From NCBI RefSeq assembly GCF_902459465.1, contig NC_047064.1, positions 11,470,001-11,534,000 on the forward strand: a DNA stretch of 64,000 nucleotides. Reading direction: 5' to 3'. Each line of letters opens with the position of its first letter. Within the stretch, counting starts at the first letter, position 1. The notes beneath the pieces were generated by a model. It searched no databases. It saw nothing but the letters and a program-made list of their open reading frames with translations, and was not told the DNA's origin. This DNA is from Asterias rubens (lineage: Eukaryota). Both the position numbers and the translations under genes were made by a program. Positions 52,549 through 63,636 of the stretch are shown here, piece after piece.

Positions 52549-53613
52549 GTAAGCAGTACATACAGATAAATACTACATGTACACTTCAATCTACATCAAG
52601 ATACCCCCTCTCTTGACTACTCTCTGGGTTTACTACAGATGCAACTACACCCCTTCCTGATAATCAGAAACCTTTTGTTTCTGCTAAAGTTTTGTATATG
52701 GTTTAGGTTTTTGGGTCTTACTGTCTTTAATTTTTTCTTTACATGTCCACTACTATTTCATGACCTGTTTCGGGAGACCGCCCGAAACAGGTCTTGTTTT
52801 TGTAAAGATATTGTAGGTGTCTGGAGCACCTCAGAACACCTCTTGTCAACGTGTACGTGGGTATTGACCCACATTGGTAATGCAAAAAGAAATATGCAAG
52901 TACATGTATTTGAAATTGTACTGTATGTACATATTTTTTATGGATGTATTCCAACATGTGGCGTGAATAGTCAGAGTTGAAAGTGCAGGCTCTTGATTTT
53001 GCATTATGCTACATGTAACATGTACATGGTAGTCTTAATAATGCAACAAAAGTTACAGGAGAAGAGATATCTGTATCACACAAATATCTCAAAATAGTTA
53101 AGTCCCGTATGACAACTACTACAAACAGCATTAAATCAAGACTAGCAGTATGCATGGTTAGTCTTTGTTGTTTATCAACAAATCATTGTTTACAGTCGCT
53201 TTGGACCATTGTTTTCCACTAGCAAAGACACACTTTAAAAGTTCATGCTTTGGCGAACATCGCTCATACATGTAGCTGGATCTGCATTAGAAGATGACAC
53301 CAGTGTAGTAATGCCTTACATCAGTTCAACTTAAGATTATATCTGGTCAGAGCATAAATCAAACTGCTAGTCTGCTGGTCATTTCACTCTCAGGTTAAGC
53401 TGCTTTTAAAGAGGTTCCACTGGCTTCAACAGCTAACAAACTCCAATCAGGAATGATGGAACTTGTACTTCATAAGAGTAATTATATGTAGTATTGGCAG
53501 CCTTTGAAACCAATTCTTTATTAAAGCAAATGTTTGATGCATGTTGAGGTCTTAATGTTATTATTAATGGTCCTTTATGTAGCATTTTCAATGTCACTCA
53601 TGATATCCAATAA

Positions 53614-53761
53614 GGGGTCGATTTCACAAAGAGTTAGGACCAGTCCTAACTTAGGACTAGTCCTAGGAGATATACAAATTGCATGGATAGTCCTAAGTTA
53701 GGACGAGTAACTGGTCCTAACTCGAGATAAGACTAGTCCTAACTCTTTGTGAAATCCACCC
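53614..53761. mobile_element. Short palindromic MITE (GGG...CCC termini, PIF/Harbinger-like)
   Basis: ggggtcgatttcacaaagagttaggac...gtcctaactctttgtgaaatccaccc; internal taggac/gtccta repeats. Confidence 0.75.
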
Positions 53762-53792
53762 AAGGTCCTGCAAGTTGGAATTTTTATTTTAA

Positions 53793-54082
53793 AGGCAGTG
53801 GACACTATTGGTAATTGTCAAAGACTAGTCTTCACAGTTGGTGTATCTCAGTATATGCACAAAATAACAAACCTGTTAAAATTTGAGCTCAGTCGGTCAT
53901 CGAACTTGCGAGATAATAATGAAAGAAAAAACACCCTTGTCACGCGAAGTTGTGTGCATTTAGATGGTTGATTTCGAGACCTCAAGTTCTAAACTTGAGA
54001 TCTTGAAATCAAATTCGTGGAAAATTAGTAAGGTTTTGTGCTAATAATTATTTTTAGTAATTACCAATAGTGTCCACTGCCT
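53793..54082. mobile_element. MITE family A, complete termini with an internal deletion
   Basis: Perfect 24-bp TIR AGGCAGTGGACACTATTGGTAATT flanked by TTAA on both sides. Confidence 0.92.
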
Positions 54083-54126
54083 TTAAGAGGAAATTTCTCT
54101 TAAGAGACATTTGGATTTAGTTTATA

Positions 54127-55105
54127 CACCTATCAATTGTAAGACGCACGTAGGACCCCCGGCTAGGGTTTGCAAGTCTGCGTCTTTACTCCCAAAAAAG
54201 TGACGGTGGGTACGTCAAAATCCAATAGTGGTCAGCCAAAAAATCTTTAAGAGGTGCGTCGAGGTACGTCATGTTCCGTCGATGTCCATTTCAACATGTA
54301 CTTTGTTTATTTGGTGGAAAATCAAATAATGAAGCCACCTACCCCTCCCCGCCTTCATATGATGTTGGTATTTGCAGACATTCCAACCTTTCAATGCCAC
54401 AGTCTGTGAGGTCTCTCTTACGACAAAACTCATCTGTTGATATTTGCTCGATTTAATGTGACCGCGATCGTGATTGCGATTGTTTATTTTGCAGTAAAAC
54501 ACGCATCCGCTGTCGCTCATCTGTCGAGCGCAATCAACAAATTTGCGCAACAATTTTGTGCGCAATTTATAACTTTCGCTATGCAGAATAGGCATTTCCA
54601 ATTGTGTATCGAGGAATTTGAAGATTGCGCACCATCGTGTACACACGTGCGCGCTGTGCTTTGACTGTGGGTCTGCGGGCCTCTCTGTTTTCTGTGCGTT
54701 TTAATAGCTAGTAAGTACGCTGGGAACCGCTCGTCTCGAAAATCAAGCGATATAACCTCGAACACCTCAACTCGTGCATGCACTTTGCTCATCCCCAGTG
54801 CCTTGCTTTAATGCATGCACTTGCAAAACTGCGAAACTGGTAGGTATAAGGTTGAATTATTTGGTATTCACTGCGCCTGGGTCGTTTACAAGAGATTTTA
54901 TGTGCGTCGGTTATGTCCGTCCATGGTGCATCGTTTTCCGTGATTGGTAATTAAAAAAAATCGTTTGGAGGACCGTCCAAATCTGCAACAAGTGTGTCAA
55001 TTTTTTGACCCAGGGTGGGTATTTGGACACGCCAATCCGACTCACATATGGACAATGGTGCACCCTCCCCGGGGGTCCTGTAGTGCGTCTTACAATTGAT
55101 AGATG
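54127..55105. mobile_element. 979-bp non-autonomous TA-flanked TIR element (Tc1/mariner-like)
   Basis: TA|CACCTATCAATTGTAAGACGCAC...GTGCGTCTTACAATTGATAGATG|TA; CpG-rich; no recognisable transposase in the overlapping ORFs. Confidence 0.75.
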
Positions 55106-55312
55106 TATTAAGTTGACTACAATAACGAAAGAAGGATTGCAAACAGCTGTTGAACACAACTTGTAAATGTCAACATGCACATGCTGGATCCTTAATAAAA
55201 GAAGCACTGATTGTTTTGTAGTCGCCCAATGAAGCGTTCATTTTGCTAGAAATTATTGTGTGTATGTGGACTTTGGTCTCTACTCGACCTGAATTTGCCC
55301 TGTCTGGATATC

Positions 55313-55460
55313 ATGTCATTGTAGTCAAGTGGTTAGACTGCAGGACTTGCAATCACAAGGTTATGGGTTTGAATCCTACCAAGCTAACTGCTTATTTCCC
55401 AATGGCTAGATGAGGTATTGTCTTCAAGTTACTGAAGCATAGTTTATTGAAAAGTCAGAT
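55313..55460 (+). mobile_element. Degenerate tRNA-derived SINE head
   Basis: A-box-like gtagtcaagtggttag and B-box-like ggtttgaatcc; no complete cloverleaf; similar B-box fragment near 48375. Confidence 0.45.
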
Positions 55461-56682
55461 CATAGATGCTATACCAATGTTTATTTGACAGAACTTGGCT
55501 ATTGCCAGCTAGGCATTTTCCTTTGTGGGAACTTTGCCAAGTTCCCTTCTTGGGAAGATCACATAAAACGAACAACTGATACAATTGCATTTTTATTTTA
55601 TTATAGGAGTGGGGAAAAAAAAAAAAAAAAAGTTATCCCAAAGGTTACAATCCAACAAACCCTTTCTAAACTAACAATAACGACTGCAGCCTTTTATCAC
55701 CAAAACCCTTTAGAACACAATCAACTTGCAAATGGTTGAATTTTCTTTAAGTTTTTGTTGTAGGAGGGAAAGGTAATCTATACTTTTCTAAACATAATAT
55801 AGTACTTGATACATGTTGGAATCCTGAGCCAACAACAACAAATCACTCAATAATCCCATAGTCATAATTATGGACATGAAGGTAATTCAAGCCTCTTGAG
55901 GGCAGTATTGCACCTATAATGTAGAGCACATTCATAATTTATACTGCTTTATATTATGTGTAACTGCATCCATGAATGGCATGCTGAAAGAATTGTACTT
56001 GTTGCATTGTATTAATGCATTACTTTAATTATTATTTAAGACTCTCAATCCTAAACTTTTCAGCCAATTTTAAACAAGCATGGTCAAAACTCATGCCTCA
56101 CTCACAGATATTCATTGTAGCCAAACAAAATAGAACCAATTTTCTTTTGGCAGATTGCAGCCAAACTTAGAAAGATGCATCATTAATCTGTGCTCAAGAT
56201 TTTGGGCAATAGTCATCCATTGCTTATGTTTGGTCCTTTGATGAAGACATTGTAACGATTTGGAGGATTTTAGTCTGGTCTCGGACTTGAGACCATTCTA
56301 GGTTCATTTTTTCTGGACTTGGACTTGACCCATGGGACTCAGTTTGAGACCAGGAAAAAGGGAGGGGATGCAAAATAATGCTTCCTTTTGCCCTCGTTAA
56401 TCGTTTCTGATAAAAAAATATTGTTTGTGTTGATGCATTGCCTGTGGCTTTGGCATGTCAACCAGTGACCCTATTTGTTTCAACCGCACTGTTAGGGTTA
56501 TTATCTTGTTCAAGTTTATGACATAGACTCTGACAACATAGACTCGTCTACAACACTGATACATTGTAATGTTTACAGACATGATACTGGATGGCCTTCC
56601 AACGCTTCTTATCTTACTTCAAGCTAACTACCAAGATGCAGTTGTTAATTGGACTGACACTCTTGCTGTGGAAGTACAATCT

Positions 56683-57018
56683 ACAAAAGAATAAAACCAA
56701 TAGTTGTGCTGACAACCCAACACACAAATAGAAGAAGACCAAAACACACAGATTAAGACAGAAACACACAAATAGAAGAAGACCAAAACACACAGATTAA
56801 GACAGAAACACACAAATAGAAGACCAAAACACACAGATTAAGACAGAAACACACAAATAGAAGAAGACCAAAACACACAGATTAAGACAGAAACACACAA
56901 ATAGAAGAAGACCAAAACACACAGATTAAGACAGATAATCTGTCTTAATCTGTGTGTTTTGGTCTTCTTCTATTTGTGTGTTGGGTTGTCAGCACAACTA
57001 TTGTTTTTATTCTTTTGT
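56683..57018. repeat. Fold-back palindrome whose inner 44 bp is tandemly amplified five times on one arm
   Basis: 44-bp units at 56721, 56765 and onward; loop TAA at 56936-56938; 56939-57018 is the reverse complement of 56683-56762. Confidence 0.92.
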
Positions 57019-58447
57019 TTTTTGTTTCTTAAAAAAGACTTTTTTCCTCACCTTGTTCTTGGTTAACTTAACCCGCAAGTAAATGCATAGCATAGTGTAG
57101 TTGCGGAGCTTATTTCAACTTCAATTTTGACGTGTACACGTAGTTGTACTACAAACCTGTAGATGATGAGGAAGTTGTGACTTTGTGATGAAGTCATGAA
57201 TTACAGTCAACCAAAATGTTTTATTTAAAAGAAAAATCCGAAAGTACATCAGCCATGTTGACAATCATTGTAATTGGACAGGTCTTGAATGGTTAACAAA
57301 AGCTACATTGATATGACCCCAATTTGACAATGTCTTTAAAGGTAAAACCAAAAGTTGAAGTAAAGAAATCTTCTCCAGTTCAATTGTAGCTCTGGAGTCA
57401 AGCTGGAAGTGAATTTAAAAATGATCTCAGTTGATGATATCTTTTTGAATGTAAACGTATTAAAACAGTTCAATAACGTCATCACTACATTACATGTGAA
57501 AAAATACCTCGGGTCAAAATAAAAACTATTTGTCTATCTCAAAAGAACCCATTAAAATGTTTACAATCGATAGTGTTTATCAATATGAAGACAACTGGAA
57601 AGTTTCACCTCAGTCAGGTGACCAGCACTTATGGTAACAGGAAAATAATGGTGTTTGATAAAACCATGAAGATACATAAAGGCTAACATTTGTCATAATT
57701 TATAAGAAAATTCATATGTTCATTATTAATACTTCGGAAGATATTGTCGCTCCAGATATCCTACAAAAAAAGCTCATAGTGTTGATGAGCTTATATGTAC
57801 TGTGCATCAACATTGTTCACAGCCCAATTTGGTACATTGCTGGTTTGTTCTTTTGCAGCTGTTCATGCTAAACCTTGTTAATAGTCACATGGACATTGTG
57901 AGCATTGGTATTCAACTTTTTTATAAAATCCAATTGATATGAGGGTGAATTGAGCCTTGTAAATGAAGTGTTTTAACCTCAATGTTAATAAAGAACCTTT
58001 AATGAGTATGTCATGATGGCATAAAAAGGGCGTGAATTACATGTATTTAAAGGTTTTTTGTACAAGTTATTTCAATATGGTTACAAAAAAATAATGTTAA
58101 GTCATGAATCAATACTGTACATGTATAATAAACATGATGAGGAAGCAACGCTCTATTTTTCCCCAAAAGTTGTCTAGTTGAAAAGTTCATGAACAGGCGT
58201 GTAACTTTACAGGTGGTTTTCTTATTTTTACCTTACATAATTGTGCCAAAATAAAACTGAAAAATACTGTACAAAGTTAAGTTTGTTTGAAGTTTTTTTA
58301 TGGTTTTTATTTGTGCCTTTGCAAACCCAAAATATCGGCAAGAGTAGTATGCAATGTATTTTTTTCCCTTCTTAAGCATGATAAATGCCTTGAAGTGCAA
58401 TGTATTGTAATAAATTAATAAACAATTGTTTTGTTGTAATATTGTAG

Positions 58448-58605
58448 ATGCAACGGCAGGCACCCACAGTCCTCATAGTACAGATCCTTGGAGCAGTAAT
58501 GGGCTGGCCCCATCCAGTGCTAGCTTCCATTCCTCTTCCATCTTAGGCAATTCTGGATCCTCGTATTCTCAGTCTCAAACTACCTACCCACCACATGAGC
58601 CCATG
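58448..58605 (+). CDS. TCF12: E-protein exon G: (D)ATAGTHSPHSTDPWSSNGLAPSSASFHSSSILGNSGSSYSQSQTTYPPHEPM
   Basis: Acceptor aatattgtag, donor ATG|gtaaga; 158 nt, phase 1 to 0; resembles TCF12 DGTHNSSDLWSSSNG. Confidence 0.92.
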
Positions 58606-58661
58606 GTAAGAAAACACCTCTTCAACTCAAGTTATATCTGCACATGGAACAATCCAAGATA

Positions 58662-58820
58662 ATAATAATATTAATATGAAACATTTATATAGCGCTCTAC
58701 GGAGAACAGAGCGCTTTACATGAGACTATGACAACAAAACAAAAGAAAAACAAACAAACTAGGATGGGTAGGGAAAAAGAAATGTCTTGAGGATGCTTTT
58801 GAATACATATAGATGCATAA
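58662..58820 (-). mobile_element. L2-like LINE 3' end in the G-H intron
   Basis: Minus strand reads FKSILKTFLF, then atgtaaagcgct...agcgctatataaatg and a (TTA)-type tail. Confidence 0.65.
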
Positions 58821-58967
58821 AATGTGTAGTAAAGGTTTTCAGTAGACCCTATTCATGTTTATTTTGTTTACGTAAGCATGGTGTTCTACCTATTGTATTT
58901 TTGTTGGGGGAGGAGGGGTGTACTTGGTATTTGCATATTTTGCTGAAAGTTGTGTATGTTTTAACAG

Positions 58968-59145
58968 GGCTATGGTCAGAGTCAAGGAAGCAGTCATGTC
59001 CATGGTCACACTATGTCTCCAAATCGTGATCCCTTGAGTCTTCCATCAATGACATCCTTCAAACCTGGAACAACTTCATCATCCACACATCTACATTCAC
59101 CCTATTCATCGTCATCACCCAGCAATGGAACAGAGACAATATTAA
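58968..59145 (+). CDS. TCF12: E-protein exon H: GYGQSQGSSHVHGHTMSPNRDPLSLPSMTSFKPGTTSSSTHLHSPYSSSSPSNGTETIL(S)
   Basis: Acceptor gttttaacag, donor TAA|gtaagt; 178 nt, phase 0 to 1; SLPSMTSF and NGTETI resemble TCF4/12 SLPPMSSF and NGTDSI. Confidence 0.93.
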
Positions 59146-59562
59146 GTAAGTTATACTCAGTTTTTTTTACATTTAGATTGTGTATGGTATCAGGTTTAGA
59201 GTTACGATACTTTTAGTATTCACATAATCGGTGGTATTTAGACAACAAGGAACAATACAATATATATAACAACAGAAATGTTCATAAGTTTCACTTGGTG
59301 TAATGTTTTACTTCAAGTGCAAATTGGTACTTGGGTATACAATCATTAATTTTGTTGACATGTCTATGTAGATTGTCATTGAAGCAGTCATCAGCATGAT
59401 CAAACTATGTCTCAATTTGATCTACACATTTTATTAACGATGTGTAAATAGGATTCTTTTATGCTAAATACAGTGATGAAAACATAACACAATAACATTA
59501 CCAAAACTTTGACCCTAATGTATGGAGTTGATGTTTTTTCAATAATCTACTCTACATCTTAA

Positions 59563-59930
59563 AGCCATTGGACACTTTCTGAACAGAACAAAAATTAAAA
59601 GTTCACAGATTTACCATTAACTTACAGGGTTTACAGAAGGTAAGTGTGAAAGACATCCCTTAAAATATTATTCCATGAAATGCTTTACTTTTTGAGAAAA
59701 CATTAAAATAATTATCAATTCTCGATATCAGGAATAACTTATTTATTTTAAACACATGTCATGACACGGCGAAACGTGCGAAAACAAGGTTGGATTTTCC
59801 CATTATTTTCTCTCAACTCCAATGACCGGTTGAGCCTAAATTTTCACAGGTTTGTTATTTTATATATAAGTTGTGATACACAAAGTGTGGGCCTTTGGAA
59901 AATACTGTTTACCGATGTTGTGCGATTGCT
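59563..59930. mobile_element. T2/Kolobok-type MITE related to families A and C
   Basis: ttaa|agccattggacact...gattgct|ttaa; shares ttttcacaggtttgttatttt with family A. Confidence 0.75.
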
Positions 59931-59965
59931 TTAATTGCTAACTATTCTTAATTTATGTTGTGAAG

Positions 59966-60048
59966 GTGTAAGAGGAGGCTCAACTGCAGGAAGTACAGCA
60001 GCAGGCAATTCTCAAACAGGAGACACACTTGGCAAGGCATTGGCATCG
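59966..60048 (+). CDS. TCF12: E-protein exon I: (S)VRGGSTAGSTAAGNSQTGDTLGKALAS; start of AD2 region
   Basis: Branch-like ctaac at 59938, acceptor tgaag, donor TCG|gtaagt; 83 nt, phase 1 to 0; nearly identical to vertebrate AAGSSQTGDALGKALAS. Confidence 0.95.
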
Positions 60049-60435
60049 GTAAGTACACCACTTCCACTACCAAGCTATTCCATTAGCTCTTGCTTGACTT
60101 TGGTTTGTATACAGTAGATTTGGACAAACAGCTAACAAGTTTGTTTACTGTAACTACCTATTTTGGTGTTGTTATTAAGTAACATTTGTTGAGGGTGGTT
60201 GAAAGCGCTTCACTTCAGTTGATGTTCATAACACATTTGTGTAAGAATGCATAATATTGGCCCTTAATCAGGTGTTTTTAACCCTTAAGACTATGATATT
60301 ATTGGTAGGAAGCAGGTGCAAATCATTGAATCTCTTTAAGGTAAGTATCTAAGTTTGATCGAAAAATTAAAATAAAGACTTGTCCAAATGTGTTTAGAAA
60401 AAAGGTCTTGTAAAATGCTTTAAAAACATTTGCAA

Positions 60436-61100
60436 TTGAGGAGTAACAAGCAGGACGGTTGAGGGCAGTTTAAGAAGTAACAGGCAGGACGGTTGAGGGC
60501 AGTTTAAGAAGTAACAGGCAGGACGGTTGAGGGCAGTTTAAGAAGTAACAGGCAGGACGGTTGTGGGCAGTTTGAGGAATAACAAGCAGGGCAGTTGAGG
60601 GCAGTTAAAGAAGTAACACGCTGGACAGTTGAGGGCAATTTAAGAAGTAACAGGCAGGACGGTTGCGGCCAGTTTGAGGAGTAACAGGCAGGACGGTTGA
60701 GGGCAGTTTGAGAAGTAACAAGCAAGACGGTTGAGTTCAGTTTGAGGAGTAACAAGCAGGACGGTTGAGGGCAGTTTGAGGATAACAAGCTGGACGGTTT
60801 AGAGCATTTTGCGGAGTAACAAGCAGGACGTTTGAGGGAAGTTTAAGGATAACATGCAGGATGGTTGTTTGCAGTTTGAGGAGTAATGAGCAGGATGGTT
60901 GAGGGCAGTTTGAGGAGTAACGAGCAGGATGGTTGAGGGCAGTTTGAGGAGTAACGAGCAGGATGGTTGAGGGCAGTTCAAGGAGTATGAGCAGGGCGAT
61001 TGAGGGCAGTTTGAGGAGTAACAAGCAGGACGGTTGAGGGCAGTAAGAGGAGTAATGAGTAGGGCGGTTGTGGGCAGTTTGACAAGTAACAAGCAGGGCT
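60436..61100. repeat. 34-bp purine-rich minisatellite, about 19 units
   Basis: gtaaca recurs at 60443, 60477, 60511 and onward; unit GAGGAGTAACAAGCAGGACGGTTGAGGGCAGTTT. Confidence 0.95.
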
Positions 61101-61128
61101 GAGGTGTTAATATTTGGATGTTAATATT

Positions 61129-63636
61129 TAGTCTAGGTTCCAAGACCATTGGTGTTGCGTGGTCACACACAACCAACGTTCCGATTATGCACGGCAAAAA
61201 CTGTACATGCTTGTAATGAACGAACGCTAGCGGGCGCTCTGTTTCTCTGATTTCCGGATCTCACCATGTTCTGTGCTCACCAAGGTCTAGGACATTTGCA
61301 AATTGAAGGCGTGGCCAGACTATGTAAATTACTTTTAATGTATGCAATATTCATATCACGTGATGAATTGAAGATGACTATTCAAACTAGACCGAGTCAA
61401 AGGTCAATATGATCGGCGCTCTATTTTTAATAATCTTTGCTCAAAGAGTAATTCCGTGGTCATTATAGGCCTATTAAAAGGAAAACAGTGAAATTTTAAG
61501 TATAGACTACCTATTCAGATTATGGATACGTGACGATTTGAAATCGTAAATAATGGTCAAAAATCGAACGTAAGATTAGCATTTAGAGAGTCCGTGTAAC
61601 GGACGCTTGTATGGCCCCACGGCGTGGAGCAATCGGGAAATAAGCCTTGTGGAATATCACGTACCGCCCATGCCGTGTCTCGTGGGGGTTGGAGGTGTTA
61701 AATCCCGGGCACTATGAACTCCCAGCTTGCGGGTGTCGACTCCGTTGTTTCTTATGATCGCAACGTTCCAATATGCTCCATTTTGATTCATGGCCCCCTA
61801 ATTTCTTTTTGTTATGAGTTTTCAGGTAATTTTGATGATGTCAAAACGTAGGAATATCGCATCTACCTCCATGGTTATATTGACAGTGTTATTGTGTGAG
61901 TACATGTAGCTTAAAAATATGAGAATTTTTTATAAAAGGTTGAAATAAAAATAATGCTAAAACAAAATTCCCTCAAAGCATAATTTTGCCAAACAAAGTA
62001 TTATTTTTTAATTCTGTGAATGAAGAGTTATTTTTGAGGTAATGATTAAACTGGGCAACTAGTGGAATTTATGACCTGACTATTCGCCTCAAATAACTGG
62101 GAGTTGAATAGCAGTAGTCGCCACCCGACAAGCAATCAAAATTCGCAATTTCTCATGAGTTGTTCCAAAAGATATTGTTACGACTACATTCCAAAAAATA
62201 TTATATGGTTACGTTCCAAGCTGCGCAGCTACTCGGCTACGTTTACGTTCAAAGATACGCTTCGGTCTACATTCCTTCAAGCCCGAGTCAAGCTACGCTT
62301 ACATTCCAAGATACGCAGCTACGTTTACGTTCCAAGATACGCTTAGGTATACGTTCCTTCAAGTTACACTATAATATCAAAAGGTACGCTTTCAAGCCCG
62401 AGTCAAGCTATGCTTACGTTCAAAGATACGCAGCTACGTTTTTGTTCCAAGATGCTACTCTTCAGTCCAAGATATGCTTACGTTCCAAAAGATGTCAACG
62501 TTCCAAGCTACACAGCTACTCAGCTGCGCTTACAGATCTGCTTATGTTCCTTCAAGTTACGCTATGATATCAAAAGGTACGCTTTCAATCCCATGTCAAG
62601 TTACGCTTACGTTCCAAGATACGCAGCTACGAATTATATCCAAGATATGCTTACGCTCCAAAAGATACTGTTACGTTCCAAGCTACGCAGCTACTCAGCT
62701 ACGCTTATACACTCCAAGATACGTTTAGGTTACGCTACAATATCAAAAAGTACGCTTTCAATCCCGAGTCAAGCTACGCTTACGTTCCCAGATCTGCAGC
62801 TACGGTTACGTTTCAAAATACATTCTCACAAAGACGCTTTTGAATCCCTCAAGATTTCCTTCCCCCAAGATTAAAAAACTTTCACTGTGAATAACACTAC
62901 AGGGCCCACCAGTTAATATCTGTTTGGCAGAAAATACTGTACAAAATTTCTTTACTATCCAAAAATTTAGGTGGGCACTAGGCATAAGTCTACAACATTT
63001 AAAATTTAATTAAAAATTGGCTGGTAACCAGTTTCTGCTAAGAAATACTATTTTGTGCTAACTATAAGCAAATTGTTTAGCCAATACAGGCTTCATCAGT
63101 GTGGGCCCTGGCACGTCGGGAGCATAACGCCACGATCGCATTTCAAGCTGCATCATGGCAATGCAGTAGTCTGGATCTGGATATTACACATAGAAAGGTT
63201 TGTGGTGGTACCGCAAACCTTTCTTTATCGTATTTCCACCATGTGGCAAAGTTTCAAATCCTACTGATCTGGACATTATTATACTCCGATAAAAACATAT
63301 ACCCACACACACATGCAGAGTATAGCAAAAGTCATGCAACGCAATTACTGCATGCATTGTACACTGCATGCACAACACTGATGAATTATTCATGAGCCAA
63401 CCGCAATGCAGCCTCTGATTGGCTCCACCGGAAAGTCGGGGGAGATTTGCCGAAAAACAATAAAAAAGTTAAGACCCGTCGTTGCAAATGTGCAAGACCA
63501 TGGTGAGATCTAAATCAGAGAAACAGAGCGCCCGCTAGCGTTCGTTCATTACAAGCGTGCATAGTTTTTGCCGTGCATAATCGGAACGTTGGTTGTGTGT
63601 GACCGCGCAACACCAATGGTCTTGGAACCAAGACTA
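61129..63636. mobile_element. 2508-bp non-autonomous element with about 140-bp TIRs, TAG...CTA termini and a 9-bp TSD (AcademH-like; Mutator is the alternative)
   Basis: GTTAATATT at 61120-61128 and 63637-63645; the arms tagtctaggttccaagaccattggtg...gatctcaccatg pair with 63498-63636. Confidence 0.88.
62160..62830. repeat. Complex CpG-rich tandem array inside the long-TIR element
   Basis: Recurring TTACGTTCCAAGATACGCAGCTAC subunits; higher-order atatcaaaa(g)gtacgctttcaa marker at 62374, 62567 and 62740. Confidence 0.85.

Larger units (their letters stand above)
20126..60048 (+). other. TCF12: Partial multi-exon gene model: class I bHLH E-protein (TCF3/TCF4/TCF12, daughterless family); 9 coding exons in window, 5' and 3' ends outside
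   Basis: join(20126..20184,24487..24595,31507..31586,45852..45990,51385..51425,52446..52548,58448..58605,58968..59145,59966..60048) = 950 nt. All introns are GT-AG, phases chain with no stop, and the peptides align by eye to human TCF12/TCF4. The symbol is nominal: the gene is likely co-orthologous to all three vertebrate paralogs. Confidence 0.93.

Noticed and set aside
54269-54792. Overlapping 60-125 aa ORFs in the TA-flanked element as a transposase remnant
   Set aside because: No DDE/DDD or helix-turn-helix motif recognisable in any frame.
55321-55400. tRNA gene
   Set aside because: A- and B-box-like motifs are present but there is no acceptor stem or anticodon arm; treated as a SINE relic.
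56718-56937. CRISPR-like appearance of regularly spaced repeats (also 45113, 49032, 60436)
   Set aside because: Units are head-to-tail with no unique spacers, there are no cas genes, and the context is a eukaryotic intron.
60504-61197. Leu/Pro/Cys-rich minus-strand ORFs
   Set aside because: Products of the 34-bp tandem repeat.
62104-62874. Several overlapping 80-154 aa ORFs inside the long-TIR element
   Set aside because: They follow the internal tandem array in multiple frames and show no transposase or helicase motifs.
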